NCBI GenBank assembly: GCA_001464625.1
Contig: LNFJ01000094.1
Span: 22,215-86,214 of the forward strand
DNA length: 64,000 nucleotides
Origin: Bacteroidia bacterium Ga0077558
GTDB lineage: Bacteria > Bacteroidota > Bacteroidia > Chitinophagales > Chitinophagaceae
Direction: 5' to 3'
The position numbers and the translations under genes are program-made. Each line of letters opens with the position of its first letter. Positions within the stretch are counted from its first letter, which is position 1. The notes under the pieces were generated by a model that saw only the letters and a list, made by a program, of their open reading frames with translations, was not told where the DNA came from and searched no databases. Positions 30,901-39,980 of the stretch are shown here, piece by piece.

Positions 30901-31106
30901 ATTTCGACAGAGTAAAGGATGAGCAAAAGCAAAAAGAAGTAGATGCAGAAAGAGCAAGACTGGTAAAAAAATTAAATGGTGAAAAAAGAAGTGGTATGCC
31001 AATGGCTCCAGCAACACCTTCTTACCAGATAATGCATTCCTGCATGGATCATGGACATAGCCATGGCTTGCTGGTAATTGATGCTGATGAATTTGAAAAC
31101 CAATAA
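27939..31106 (+). CDS. secreted amidohydrolase family protein, two-module (1055 aa)
   Basis: Signal peptide, then two amidohydrolase-like modules. The second has the canonical PGIIDEHSH (HxH codons at 29913-29921). The first reads PSFIDIYTDYG at the equivalent site (28218-28250). A Gly/Pro-rich linker RPPGGPGGDPTQPRPGGFGGG joins them. Confidence 0.8.
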   Translation: MRKTRLLEKLALLTVLLMGTAQVMAQATFPENGIADPRHGHYAFTNATIVKDANTTIANATLVIKDGKIVAVGTGLSVPSGAVEVDCKGKFIYPSFIDIYTDYGTPVRPQQQGGGGFNFFAQPQLETNVKGPYGWNQAIKSDVDVFKVFGVNDAAAKPMREVGFGTVLTHVKDGVARGTGAVVTLANEKENLTIIKEKASAHYSFNKGTSTQSYPTSKMGYISLLRQTFLDAAWYKNKPYEEGFNLSLQSWNENQGLPQIFEANDKWDDLRADRIGDEFGVQYIIKAGQNEYQRINEMKATNATFILPLNYPQGQDVEDPNDAKFVSLEDMKHWELAPTSPAAFEKAGIPFCITTADLRSVNTFWVNLRKAMEYGLSESKAMEALTKTPATILGVYDKVGSLEAGKLANFLITNGPVFSEKTNILYNYVQGIKYNVKDDSNIAGTYNLSINTPTGVEKYTLDVKSTSSVGMFGKDTMNTKFSFDGKQVKLSYAPMVRRQRPPGGPGGDPTQPRPGGFGGGQVPALPATATRLGGISNGTEWNGTGVDSAGNSLTWTAVFVKAADIKMDSTKKKDIPVVGKVNYPFLPFGNSQDEIPKQETMLIKNATVWTSEGEGVLQNTDVLLKNGKIAAIGKNLSDPAAKVIDGTGKHVSPGIIDEHSHIAAASINEGAQSVTSEVRIADNLNPDDINIYRQLSGGVTSSHILHGSANVIGGQTQLIKLRWGANAEDLKFKDWAGQIKFALGENVKRSSSTQGNNRYPDTRMGVEQVLTDAFTRAKDYKKKWDSYNAEKDKLVKAKKPLTGLNAPRRDLELEALVEILDKKRFITCHSYVQSEINMAMKVAEEMGYTVNTFTHILEGYKVADKMKAHGAFVSTFSDWWAYKVEVEDAIPYNAAIMHKTGLVVAINSDDAEMARRLNQEAAKTMKYGGVSAEEALKMVTLNPAKMLHVDDRIGSLKVGKDADVVVWSDNPLSIYAKPLYTIVDGTIYFDRVKDEQKQKEVDAERARLVKKLNGEKRSGMPMAPATPSYQIMHSCMDHGHSHGLLVIDADEFENQ

Positions 31107-31117
31107 AAAAATTAGAT

Positions 31118-32452
31118 ATGCAAAAGATATTTTTTCTAACGATCATGATGGCATTGGCTGTTTCGGTTCATTCGCAATCGAATGTATTACCAGCGCCGCC
31201 GCAAAAAGGCTTGTTGTTTATTAAAAACGCAACTATCCATGTAGGCAACGGAACAGTAATTGAAAATGGAACCATCCAAATCAGAGATGGGAAAATTGAA
31301 AAAGTTGGTAAAGACATCACCATACCGCAGGATGATGTGCAGGTGGTGGATGCCAAAGGCAAACATGTTTATCCAGGTCTTATTTTACCAACCAGTACAT
31401 TAGGTTTAGTTGAAACAGGTTCTATCCGTGCATCGAACGATGTTCGGGAAATTGGTGACCTGAACCCGAATATTCGTTCTATTGTAGCCTACAATACAGA
31501 TTCAAAAGTTATCAATACACTTCGTTCAAATGGTATTCTTGCTGCTAATGTGGTTCCGCAAGGAAGTTTTTTGGCTGGTACATCATCCGTTGTTCAATTA
31601 GACGCTTGGAATTGGGAAGATGCTGCAGTTAAAGCAGATGGTGGAATGCATTTGTATATGCCATTGCTCATGGCTCGTCCGGGTGGAGGAAGAGGTGGAT
31701 TTGGTGGCGGCGGCCCAAATGCTGGTGGTGCACAAGCAGACCCTGTAAAAGATGGGTTTGAAAAAATTGAGAACCTGAAAGCTTTTTTCCGGGAAGCAAA
31801 GGCTTATATCGCTGCTACTACCCGTGAAGAAACAAATTTGAAATATGAAGCAGTCAAAGATTTGTTAGCGAAGAAACAAAAACTATACGTGCATGCCAGC
31901 ACTGCCAAACAAATGTTGGCTGCATTAGATTTTGTAAAAGAATTTGGTGTTGATATGGTAATTGTTGGTGGTAGCGAAAGCTGGCAGATAGCCAGTTTGT
32001 TGAAGCAACATAATGTGGCAGTAATTCTTCAGCAAATGCATAGCCTGCCAACCACAACTGACGATGATGTGGATCAGCCGTATAAAACAGCAGCTATATT
32101 GCAAAAAGCAGGAGTGCTGTTTGCAATTTCGGATGATGATTCACAAACCCGTGGCCGTAATCTTCCTTTTAATGCAGGAACTGCAGTTGCTTTTGGATTA
32201 ACAAAAGAAGAAGCCTTAGCTGCTATCTCATTGAACTCTGCAAAAATTATGGGAGTAGCTGATAAAACTGGAAGTATTGAAGTAGGAAAAGAAGCTAATA
32301 TTATTATCAGCTCTGGTGATATACTGGATATGAGTACTAGTAATGTAACTGATGCTTTTATCAAAGGACGTAAGATCAATCTGGATGACAAGCAAAAACA
32401 ATTGAACGACAGGTATGAAATTAAATATGATCTGAAGAAGAAAGGGTTCTAA
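31118..32452 (+). CDS. secreted amidohydrolase family protein (444 aa, HxH motif not conserved)
   Basis: Signal peptide and an amidohydrolase-like N-terminal beta segment (IKNATIHVGNG...IRDGKIEKVG). The metal-site position reads PGLILPTST (31373-31399). It also carries a Gly-rich insert ARPGGGRGGFGGGGPNAGG. Confidence 0.75.
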   Translation: MQKIFFLTIMMALAVSVHSQSNVLPAPPQKGLLFIKNATIHVGNGTVIENGTIQIRDGKIEKVGKDITIPQDDVQVVDAKGKHVYPGLILPTSTLGLVETGSIRASNDVREIGDLNPNIRSIVAYNTDSKVINTLRSNGILAANVVPQGSFLAGTSSVVQLDAWNWEDAAVKADGGMHLYMPLLMARPGGGRGGFGGGGPNAGGAQADPVKDGFEKIENLKAFFREAKAYIAATTREETNLKYEAVKDLLAKKQKLYVHASTAKQMLAALDFVKEFGVDMVIVGGSESWQIASLLKQHNVAVILQQMHSLPTTTDDDVDQPYKTAAILQKAGVLFAISDDDSQTRGRNLPFNAGTAVAFGLTKEEALAAISLNSAKIMGVADKTGSIEVGKEANIIISSGDILDMSTSNVTDAFIKGRKINLDDKQKQLNDRYEIKYDLKKKGF

Positions 32453-32467
32453 AAAAGTTAGAACAAC

Positions 32468-32508
32468 AAAAAAATCCCGTCTTGCATTAAGCAGGACGGG
32501 ATTTTTTT
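32468..32508. terminator. bidirectional Rho-independent terminator
   Basis: A-run, stem tcccgtcttgc / gcaggacggga, then T-run, between convergent genes. Confidence 0.8.
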
Positions 32509-32529
32509 ATTGCGAGCTAGTATTATTAA

Positions 32530-32931
32530 TTATTGCGGCATTAATTCTTTACTAACCGTCATTATCCAGTCAGCCCATTTTTTTGCTTCATCTGGTGTTT
32601 TAGCTAATTTCATTCCTACTTCAGTAGATTTTGAAGACCAATCCTGCATTTTTTTAGTGAGGTCAGCTAATTTGGCAGGGTCTTTCATTCCAGCTTTGTA
32701 CTCAGATATAAAGGCGGCATAGTCGTTTGCAAATTTCTGTACTTCAGGATCAGAGAAAGTTGGCACACCTGTAGATGCAGATGTAGTGGTTGTCGTAGTT
32801 GTTGGCTCAGTCGTAGTTGTTGGCTCTGTTGTTGTTGTGGTAGTTGTTTCCTCAGGCTTTTTCTCATCTTTTTTGTCTTTGCAAGATGTCATAATGCCGG
32901 CAATCGTAACTACTAAAAGTAATTTTTTCAT
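32530..32931 (-). CDS. Thr-rich lipoprotein, hypothetical
   Basis: The start is placed at MKKLLLVVTIAGIMTSC (a lipobox-like TSC). It is followed by KDKKDEKKPEETTTTTTTEPTTTTEPTTTTTTTS and a helical C-terminal domain. Confidence 0.6.
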   Translation of the reverse strand: MKKLLLVVTIAGIMTSCKDKKDEKKPEETTTTTTTEPTTTTEPTTTTTTTSASTGVPTFSDPEVQKFANDYAAFISEYKAGMKDPAKLADLTKKMQDWSSKSTEVGMKLAKTPDEAKKWADWIMTVSKELMPQ

Positions 32932-33031
32932 TTTTTTTGATTTTGGTTTAATGAATAATGACAACAAACGTATTGTTTTTTTTGATATTGTGAAATAGTT
33001 AAAAAAAATGGTTGTTCACATCATCTAAAAT

Positions 33032-33060
33032 AAAAAGGCTGCAAGTTTTTGCAGCTTTTT
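33032..33060 (-). terminator. Rho-independent terminator after secA
   Basis: Stem gctgca / tgcagc flanked by an A-run and a T-run, 22 nt downstream of the secA stop. Confidence 0.6.
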
Positions 33061-33081
33061 AAAATTTATAAGGTGTTAATA

Positions 33082-36000
33082 CTAAGCATCTTTACCATGG
33101 CACTGTTTGTACTTCTTTCCACTTCCACATGGGCAGGCGTCATTACGGCCAATTTTGGGAGCAACTTTTATAGGCTCATGTTTTATTGCTACTTCAGGTC
33201 CGCCTGGTTCAAACTTATCTTTTTCATTAGCAGCATAATCTTGTCCTGCATTATCTACCTCATCTTTATTGGCCCGCATTTTACTCATATCCGTTTTTTG
33301 CTGACGGCCTTCTTTTAATGGAGCATTTTCCTGTTGAATAGGAATAGAGGAGTGACAAAGGAAAGAAACAATGTTCTTATTTACCTCTGTATTCATATTG
33401 CTGAACTGGTTATACGCTTCCATTTTATAAATAATAAGCGGATCTTTTTGTTCAAGGTATGCAGTTTGCACACTTTGTTTCAAATCATCCATTGCACGAA
33501 GGTGTTCTTTCCATGCATCATCGATCACAGCCAGTGTAATTGTTTTCTCTAATGAATTGGCTAACTCTGCACCATTTGAACTGAGTGTTTTATCAAGATT
33601 AGCCAACACATTTAATCCCTTACGACCATCACTAAATGGAACCACCACATTTTCTATGTGGCTGCCCTGTGTAAGACGAATGTTTTTGAATACAGGGATA
33701 GCCTGTTTTTGTAACTCTCCCTTGTGTAGATTATATTTTTCTGTTGCTTCGTTATACAATTTGTCTATTAAACTATTTACATCAGTTTTCTTGAATGTTT
33801 CTTCCTCAATCTTTGTATCTAACCCGAAGTTTACAATACAAGCCATTTTAAATCCTTCAAAATCTTCTTGTTCCCGGAATGAATCAATTAAGCTTCCGGC
33901 AACAGCAGAGAAAGAAGTATCAATATCTAATGCAAGGCGTTCGCCAAATAATGCATGGTTTCTTTTTTCATAAACAGCATTTCTCTGTTTATTCATTACA
34001 TCATCATACTCCAGCAAACGCTTACGGATACCAAAGTTGTTTTCTTCAACTTTCTTTTGTGCCCGTTGGATACTGTTACTGATCATGCTGTGTTGTATCA
34101 CATCGCCTTCTTTGTAACCTAATTTATCCATTAAGGAAGCAATACGTTCGCTACCGAACATACGCATCAGATCATCTTCTAATGAAACATAGAATTGAGA
34201 AGAACCGGGATCGCCCTGGCGACCGGCACGGCCACGCAACTGTCTGTCTACACGACGGCTTTCATGACGTTCTGTACCAATAATTGCTAAACCACCTGCT
34301 TCTTTTACGCCTGGCCCAAGTTTAATATCGGTACCACGACCCGCCATGTTAGTTGCAATAGTAACTGCGCCGGGCAATCCAGCCTCAGCAACTACCTGTG
34401 CTTCCCTGGCATGTTGTTTTGCATTCAATACATTGTGCGGAATTTTTTTCTGCTGCAACATTCGTCCCAACAATTCGCTTACCTCTACGGAAGTAGTACC
34501 AACAAGGCAAGGACGGCCTGCATTTCTTAATATTTCAATTTCATCAATTACGGCCTTGTATTTTTCTCTCTTTGTTTTATAAACCAGATCTTGCTTATCA
34601 TTTCTTACCATTTTCAAATTGGTAGGAACATTCACAACGTCTAATTTATAAATACTCCATAACTCTGCTGCTTCAGTTTCGGCAGTACCCGTCATACCAC
34701 AAAGTTTGTGATACATACGGAAATAGTTTTGTAAAGTGATAGTGGCATACGTTTGTGTAGCGGCTTCGATCTTTACATTCTCTTTTGCCTCTAATGCCTG
34801 GTGCAAACCATCGCTATAACGACGGCCTTCCATGATACGACCAGTTTGCTCATCTACAATTTTAATAGCACCGTCTATTATTACATATTCCACATCTTTT
34901 GCAAACATGGTATATGCTTTCAATAATTGCTGAACCGTATGTATGCGGTCGGCTTTCTGAGAATATTCATTCAGTATCGTTTCTTTCTGCTGCAGTTTTT
35001 CATCCGCACTCAATTCACTTTTTTCTACATCTGCCAGTTTTACTCCAATATCCGGAAGTACAAAGAATTCTGAATCTTCACCAGTTTTGGTAATCATATT
35101 CAGACCTTTTTCAGTCAGATCAACAGAGTTATTCTTTTCATCAATATGAAAAAGCAATTCTTCATCTACGATATGCATATTCCGCATCTGGTCTTGCAGA
35201 TAATAGTTTTCTGCTTTCTGCATTTTTACACGGATACCCGGCTCACTTAAAAATTTAATTACCGGGCCATATTTTGGTAAACCACGATGTGCCCTGAATA
35301 AATACAAGCCACCTCCTTTTGCATCATCATCACCTTCGGCAAAACGTTTTTTTGCTTCGTTCAGGCAGTTACGAACAATGCGTTCTTGTTCTTGTACTAA
35401 TTGTAAAATTCTGGGTTTATGAATATGGTATTGTTGGTCATCTCCTTTAGCAACAGGACCGGAAATAATTAAAGGAGTTCTCGCATCATCGATCAACACG
35501 GAGTCAACTTCATCAACCATGGCAAAATGATGTTTGCGTTGCACCATTTCATCGGGGGTGTGTACCATGTTATCACGCAGGTAATCGAACCCAAATTCAT
35601 TATTGGTTCCATAAGTAATATCTGCGAGGTATGCTTTTCTTCTTTCTTCTGTATTGGGTTGATGTTTGTCAATACAATCAACCGTGATGCCCAGCCATTC
35701 AAAAATGGTTCCGTTCCATTCCTGGTCACGACGGGCCAGGTAATCATTCACTGTTACAATATGAACACCTTCGCCGGGTAATGCATTCAGGTAAGCCGGT
35801 AATGTAGATACAAGGGTTTTACCTTCTCCCGTTGCCATCTCCGCAATTTTTCCTGAGTGTAATACAGCACCGCCGATCAACTGCACATCATAGTGCACCA
35901 TATTCCAGGTTACTTGCCCGCCAGCAGCAGTCCAGGTGTTTTTGAAAGTGGAAGTGGAGCCATCAATCGTTATGTAATTCTTTTTGATACTTAATTCTCT

Positions 36001-36411
36001 GTCCAATTCGGTGGCGCTAGAAACTATATCTGTGTTCTCTTTAAAACGACGGGAGGTTTCTTTTACTACTGCAAATGCTTCCGGGAGTAATTTTTCAAGT
36101 ATTACTTCAATTTCTTTGTTGCGGTCTTTTTTTAATTTGTCTACTTCCTGGTAGATGGCATCTTTTTCCATCAGTTCATTGAAAGGAAGTGCTTCAGCCG
36201 CCGCATTTTTTTCGGCAATTCTAGCATCAATTTCAGACAGGTGTTCTTTGATACGCTGACGAAACTCCTGTGTTTTGTTACGGAGCTGGTCATTGCTGAG
36301 AGACTGATACGAAGCAAACGCTTCGTTGATTTTGCCAACATAGGGTTCAATCTTTTTTACATCTTTCTCTGACTTACTGCCGCCAAAAATTTTTGAAATA
36401 AAACCAAGCAT
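33082..36411 (-). CDS. secA: preprotein translocase subunit SecA
   Basis: The start is placed at MLGFISKIFGGSKSEKDVKK (ATG verified at 36409-36411). DEAD-like motor motifs are present (MATGEGKTLV, DEVDSVLIDDARTPLIISG, TNMAGRGTDI), as is the C-terminal zinc motif CPCGSGKKYKQCHG. Confidence 0.95.
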   Translation of the reverse strand: MLGFISKIFGGSKSEKDVKKIEPYVGKINEAFASYQSLSNDQLRNKTQEFRQRIKEHLSEIDARIAEKNAAAEALPFNELMEKDAIYQEVDKLKKDRNKEIEVILEKLLPEAFAVVKETSRRFKENTDIVSSATELDRELSIKKNYITIDGSTSTFKNTWTAAGGQVTWNMVHYDVQLIGGAVLHSGKIAEMATGEGKTLVSTLPAYLNALPGEGVHIVTVNDYLARRDQEWNGTIFEWLGITVDCIDKHQPNTEERRKAYLADITYGTNNEFGFDYLRDNMVHTPDEMVQRKHHFAMVDEVDSVLIDDARTPLIISGPVAKGDDQQYHIHKPRILQLVQEQERIVRNCLNEAKKRFAEGDDDAKGGGLYLFRAHRGLPKYGPVIKFLSEPGIRVKMQKAENYYLQDQMRNMHIVDEELLFHIDEKNNSVDLTEKGLNMITKTGEDSEFFVLPDIGVKLADVEKSELSADEKLQQKETILNEYSQKADRIHTVQQLLKAYTMFAKDVEYVIIDGAIKIVDEQTGRIMEGRRYSDGLHQALEAKENVKIEAATQTYATITLQNYFRMYHKLCGMTGTAETEAAELWSIYKLDVVNVPTNLKMVRNDKQDLVYKTKREKYKAVIDEIEILRNAGRPCLVGTTSVEVSELLGRMLQQKKIPHNVLNAKQHAREAQVVAEAGLPGAVTIATNMAGRGTDIKLGPGVKEAGGLAIIGTERHESRRVDRQLRGRAGRQGDPGSSQFYVSLEDDLMRMFGSERIASLMDKLGYKEGDVIQHSMISNSIQRAQKKVEENNFGIRKRLLEYDDVMNKQRNAVYEKRNHALFGERLALDIDTSFSAVAGSLIDSFREQEDFEGFKMACIVNFGLDTKIEEETFKKTDVNSLIDKLYNEATEKYNLHKGELQKQAIPVFKNIRLTQGSHIENVVVPFSDGRKGLNVLANLDKTLSSNGAELANSLEKTITLAVIDDAWKEHLRAMDDLKQSVQTAYLEQKDPLIIYKMEAYNQFSNMNTEVNKNIVSFLCHSSIPIQQENAPLKEGRQQKTDMSKMRANKDEVDNAGQDYAANEKDKFEPGGPEVAIKHEPIKVAPKIGRNDACPCGSGKKYKQCHGKDA

Positions 36412-36535
36412 AAAATGAGTGTTAGTGGGTATTCTTCTCTTGAAAAATTTTATAGAACTTAATGTTGTCAAAAAAAGTGCTACATGTATTATTGAGCCAA
36501 TTTGACAGCATTTTTACCCCAATTATCGGGGTTGG

Positions 36536-36543
36536 CAAAGATA
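36536..36543 (-). promoter_or_regulatory. candidate -7 promoter box (TATCTTTG) for secA
   Basis: Exact TAnnTTTG on the minus strand, about 125 nt upstream of the preferred secA ATG. Confidence 0.35.
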
Positions 36544-36599
36544 ATGTAATTGAACTAGTGGGGATACCTAATGAGTATTAACCTTTTAAAAGAATTTTT

Positions 36600-37247
36600 A
36601 TGAAAAAATACATGCTGTTTTTAGCAATTGCAACGGTGGTATTGGCAAATCATTCCAAGGCTCAAGATTATATTATAACCTGGAAAAATGATACAATTGC
36701 CTGCGAATTGCCCGGCGATGCTAAAAAAATGGGATTTAAGCCGGCCTGGAAATATGAAGACGGGCATGAGAAAATAATAACTGTTTTTAAAAACGATTCA
36801 ATACGGATAGTAAATGCAGGCGAGATAAAAGGATACAGCCGCAAAGAACACGGTAAATGGCTTCTTTGCGATGGTTTTTTTGAGGCGAAACAAATTATTA
36901 ATACTGCACAAAGTAAACGGACTCTTGTTGAAGAAAAAGGTTCGGATAAGAATCTGCAGTGGCATTTTCTAAACAGAATAGTGGAGGGAAAATACGCCAC
37001 ATTATATATTCGGTATGATTCTGATGGCCAATGTATTTTTGCTGCTTATTATATTAAGAGGCACGGAACCGAAGCAGAAAACACCGTAATACCTTTTTTT
37101 AATAAAAAGAAAATGATAGAGCTGCTAAGTGAAAGTGATATTGCCAGCGAAATGAAAGCATTTAAATATAAAAAATCAAGTAAAGGATTTGCAGAAATTG
37201 TTAATGAATATAACCGTTTGAAAGAAGCCGCTGCAAAAAAAATGTAA
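36600..37247 (+). CDS. hypothetical secreted protein
   Basis: 215 aa with signal peptide MKKYMLFLAIATVVLANHSKAQ. No recognised family. Confidence 0.55.
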   Translation: MKKYMLFLAIATVVLANHSKAQDYIITWKNDTIACELPGDAKKMGFKPAWKYEDGHEKIITVFKNDSIRIVNAGEIKGYSRKEHGKWLLCDGFFEAKQIINTAQSKRTLVEEKGSDKNLQWHFLNRIVEGKYATLYIRYDSDGQCIFAAYYIKRHGTEAENTVIPFFNKKKMIELLSESDIASEMKAFKYKKSSKGFAEIVNEYNRLKEAAAKKM

Positions 37248-37345
37248 CCATGAATGTTGAGTTCATTTATTATTTCTCAGTGTGATTTAATCTTGCTCTA
37301 ATGAATTTGGCAAGTTTTAATTCTACTTTGCTATAATTTGCAGTC

Positions 37346-38065
37346 ATGTTAAGGAAGAAATTAGAAAAGAGGCAGTACTTTTTATTTTTAACAGCTATGG
37401 TATTGGTGGCTGTAGGTTGTAGAAGTAAGGATAGGCCCGCCAGTAGTTTTAATGCTGAGGATATTTTCTTTGATTATAAAATAAGTGGCAGGGAGACCGA
37501 TGACAAGCTTACCGTTTTGCTGCAGTTTAGAGAAGGGGAAGAAGATGGCAATGCAATATCCATTGCGGAATGGGGCAAAGTGACATTGGATGGAGAAGAA
37601 TTGATGGGTGATAGCTCTAAAAGAACAGGTTTTTTTTATGAAACACATAGGGCAATAGGCGATTTTGCCGGGAAGCATACCATCGTTTTATCTGGTGGGG
37701 AAGAAGAGGAGTATAAAGAGGATTTCGATTTTCAACGGGTGGAGTTATTAACTGAAGTTCCGGATACATTAGCCAGGGAAGAATTGGTGTTAGAGTTTGC
37801 AGGTCTGGAGCCGGAAGATTACCTGCGGGTGTTAATCGTTGATACTTCTGTAATAAATGAAGGTATTAACCGGGTAGATACACTTCAAAATGGCAGATTA
37901 ATTATAACTTCCGAAGACCTTCAAAAGCTGGAGAGCGGCCCGGTCCAGTTGCTATTTTTCCGGGAGTTGGTGATACCTACGAAAGCCAGCACTAATAAGG
38001 GTGGCAGAATATTGATTACTTATAGCCTAGGCCGGGAGTTTTTTCTGAAAGATCAGGCTGAATAG
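37346..38065 (+). CDS. hypothetical lipoprotein
   Basis: 239 aa with a lipobox-like LVAVGC after a hydrophobic leader, and an acidic beta-rich body. No recognised family. Confidence 0.55.
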   Translation: MLRKKLEKRQYFLFLTAMVLVAVGCRSKDRPASSFNAEDIFFDYKISGRETDDKLTVLLQFREGEEDGNAISIAEWGKVTLDGEELMGDSSKRTGFFYETHRAIGDFAGKHTIVLSGGEEEEYKEDFDFQRVELLTEVPDTLAREELVLEFAGLEPEDYLRVLIVDTSVINEGINRVDTLQNGRLIITSEDLQKLESGPVQLLFFRELVIPTKASTNKGGRILITYSLGREFFLKDQAE

Positions 38066-38177
38066 GAGAGATTTACACATCTAAGTAACAACCTTACAAA
38101 ACGGGGATTATTATTTTCATTTCTCAATGGAATTTTAGCTTCTACGCCGTACTTTTGCCGCCAATTAAGCAAGCATT

Positions 38178-39059
38178 ATGGCAGGCCAATTAAAAGAGGT
38201 AAGAAATCGCATCAAATCAGTACAAAGTACACAGCAGATCACTAAAGCCATGAAAATGGTAAGTGCGGCAAAACTACGCCGTGCCCAAGATGCAATCATC
38301 CAGATGCGTCCGTATGCGCAGAAATTGCAGGAAATGCTGAGCAATATTGTGAGCAATAGTGAAGGGGAAGCAGGAATGAGCCTGGCTGCTGAACGTCCGG
38401 TTGAAAAAGTGTTGTTTATTGTTATTACCAGTGACCGTGGATTGGCAGGAGCTTTCAATGCGAATACTATTAAACTAACCAAAGCTACTATCGCCGAAAA
38501 ATATTCCGACCAATACAAAAAAGGCAATGTAACCATCTGGAATATTGGTAAAAAAGGCTACGAGCATTTTCTGAAGAACAATTATAAAGCAGACGCTACT
38601 TTCAAAGATATTTTCCTGAATCTGACTTTTGAAAATGTACAAGCCGCTTCTAAAGCAGCTATGACCGCCTTCGAGGAAAGACAATTTGATGTAGTGGAAG
38701 TGGTGTACAGCCAGTTTAAAAATGCCGCTACGCAGAAATTTGAAGTAGAACGTTTCTTACCAATTCCTAAAGTGGAGAAAAAGGTGGGAGCGACAAAAGC
38801 AGATTTTATTTACGATCCATCCAAAGAGTTGTTGATAGCGGAGTTGATGCCTAAAATTCTAAACACTCAATTATACAAAGCTGTTTTGGATTCCAACGCT
38901 TCTGAACATGGTGCAAGAATGACCGCCATGGATAAAGCCAGCGAAAATGCGAATGAAATGCTGCGCAGTCTGAAAATTTCTTACAACCGGGCAAGACAAG
39001 CTGCCATTACTACCGAATTGACGGAGATTGTGAGTGGTGCAGCGGCATTAAATGGGTAA
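38178..39059 (+). CDS. atpG: F0F1 ATP synthase subunit gamma
   Basis: 293 aa. MAGQLKEVRNRIKSVQSTQQITKAMKMVSAAKLRRAQ and the C-terminal ITTELTEIVSGAAAL are diagnostic. Confidence 0.93.
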   Translation: MAGQLKEVRNRIKSVQSTQQITKAMKMVSAAKLRRAQDAIIQMRPYAQKLQEMLSNIVSNSEGEAGMSLAAERPVEKVLFIVITSDRGLAGAFNANTIKLTKATIAEKYSDQYKKGNVTIWNIGKKGYEHFLKNNYKADATFKDIFLNLTFENVQAASKAAMTAFEERQFDVVEVVYSQFKNAATQKFEVERFLPIPKVEKKVGATKADFIYDPSKELLIAELMPKILNTQLYKAVLDSNASEHGARMTAMDKASENANEMLRSLKISYNRARQAAITTELTEIVSGAAALNG

Positions 39060-39196
39060 ATCCCTATCTCCGAAGGGAAAGTAGGTTCAGTATTTGTTTT
39101 TCTTTCTAACAATGACACAACACAATTGTTAATAAGTGTGTTTTCGTCTTCCTGTCAGTAATATTAATTTCGTTCAAATCGTTTTGAGATAACAAC

Positions 39197-39901
39197 ATGG
39201 AAATAACTAATCTGATACCGCATATAGAGGCCTTGATCTTTGCCAGTGATAAAGGATTGTCCACTCTTGAAATTACGGAGATGGTAAATAATGCCCTTGG
39301 CTATATGGATGATAAAATTTCATTAGACCAGGTGGAAGCAGCACTCGAAGGAATTACTGAGAAATATAGCGCCGATTTTTATCCGTTTGAAGTAAAGCAA
39401 AGTGGCGGTGGCTGGCAATTTTTAACCCGCAAAGAATTTCATAAAACAATTGCTCAACTAAACGGCGATAAGTTTTTAAAAAGATTGTCTGCAGCCGCAT
39501 TGGAAACATTGGCCATTATTGCATACAAACAGCCGGTAACCAAAGGAGAAATTGAAGCCATCCGTGGTGTAAGCTCTGATTATGCTGTGCAAAAACTATT
39601 GGAAAAGGAATTAATTATAATTAGCGGCAGAAATGAAAAAGCAGTAGGTCAGCCATTGTTATACGCTACTTCAAAAAGCTTCATGGATTATTTCGGTATT
39701 AACTCAGCGGATGAATTGCCTAAGATAAAAGAAGTATTGGCAGAGCAATTAGTAGAGCCGACAGTAATGAAAGATGTGCATGAAGAGCATGCAAAAGCAG
39801 ACGAAGCAGAGGAGAATGATACAGAGACCGAAGCATTGGTGGTTACTGATAGCGGCGAGTTGATAGTAAACAATGAACAAGGCGAAGGAGAAGAAAGTTA
39901 A
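39197..39901 (+). CDS. scpB: SMC-Scp complex subunit ScpB
   Basis: IEALIFASDKGLS...ETLAIIAYKQPVTKGEIEAIRGV is a tandem winged-helix ScpB pattern. The tail is acidic. Confidence 0.85.
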   Translation: MEITNLIPHIEALIFASDKGLSTLEITEMVNNALGYMDDKISLDQVEAALEGITEKYSADFYPFEVKQSGGGWQFLTRKEFHKTIAQLNGDKFLKRLSAAALETLAIIAYKQPVTKGEIEAIRGVSSDYAVQKLLEKELIIISGRNEKAVGQPLLYATSKSFMDYFGINSADELPKIKEVLAEQLVEPTVMKDVHEEHAKADEAEENDTETEALVVTDSGELIVNNEQGEGEES

Positions 39902-39980
39902 TTCAACATCTTTAGAATATAGTATGGTGCGGTTTTTTGCTGCACCATTTTTTTGCCCTTGCTTCAATATCTTCGCAACT

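Noticed and set aside
32786-32998. 70-aa poly-Val ORF (MVVVVVGSVVVVGSVVVVVVV...)
   Set aside because: It is the antisense reading of the poly-Thr linker of the lipoprotein gene.
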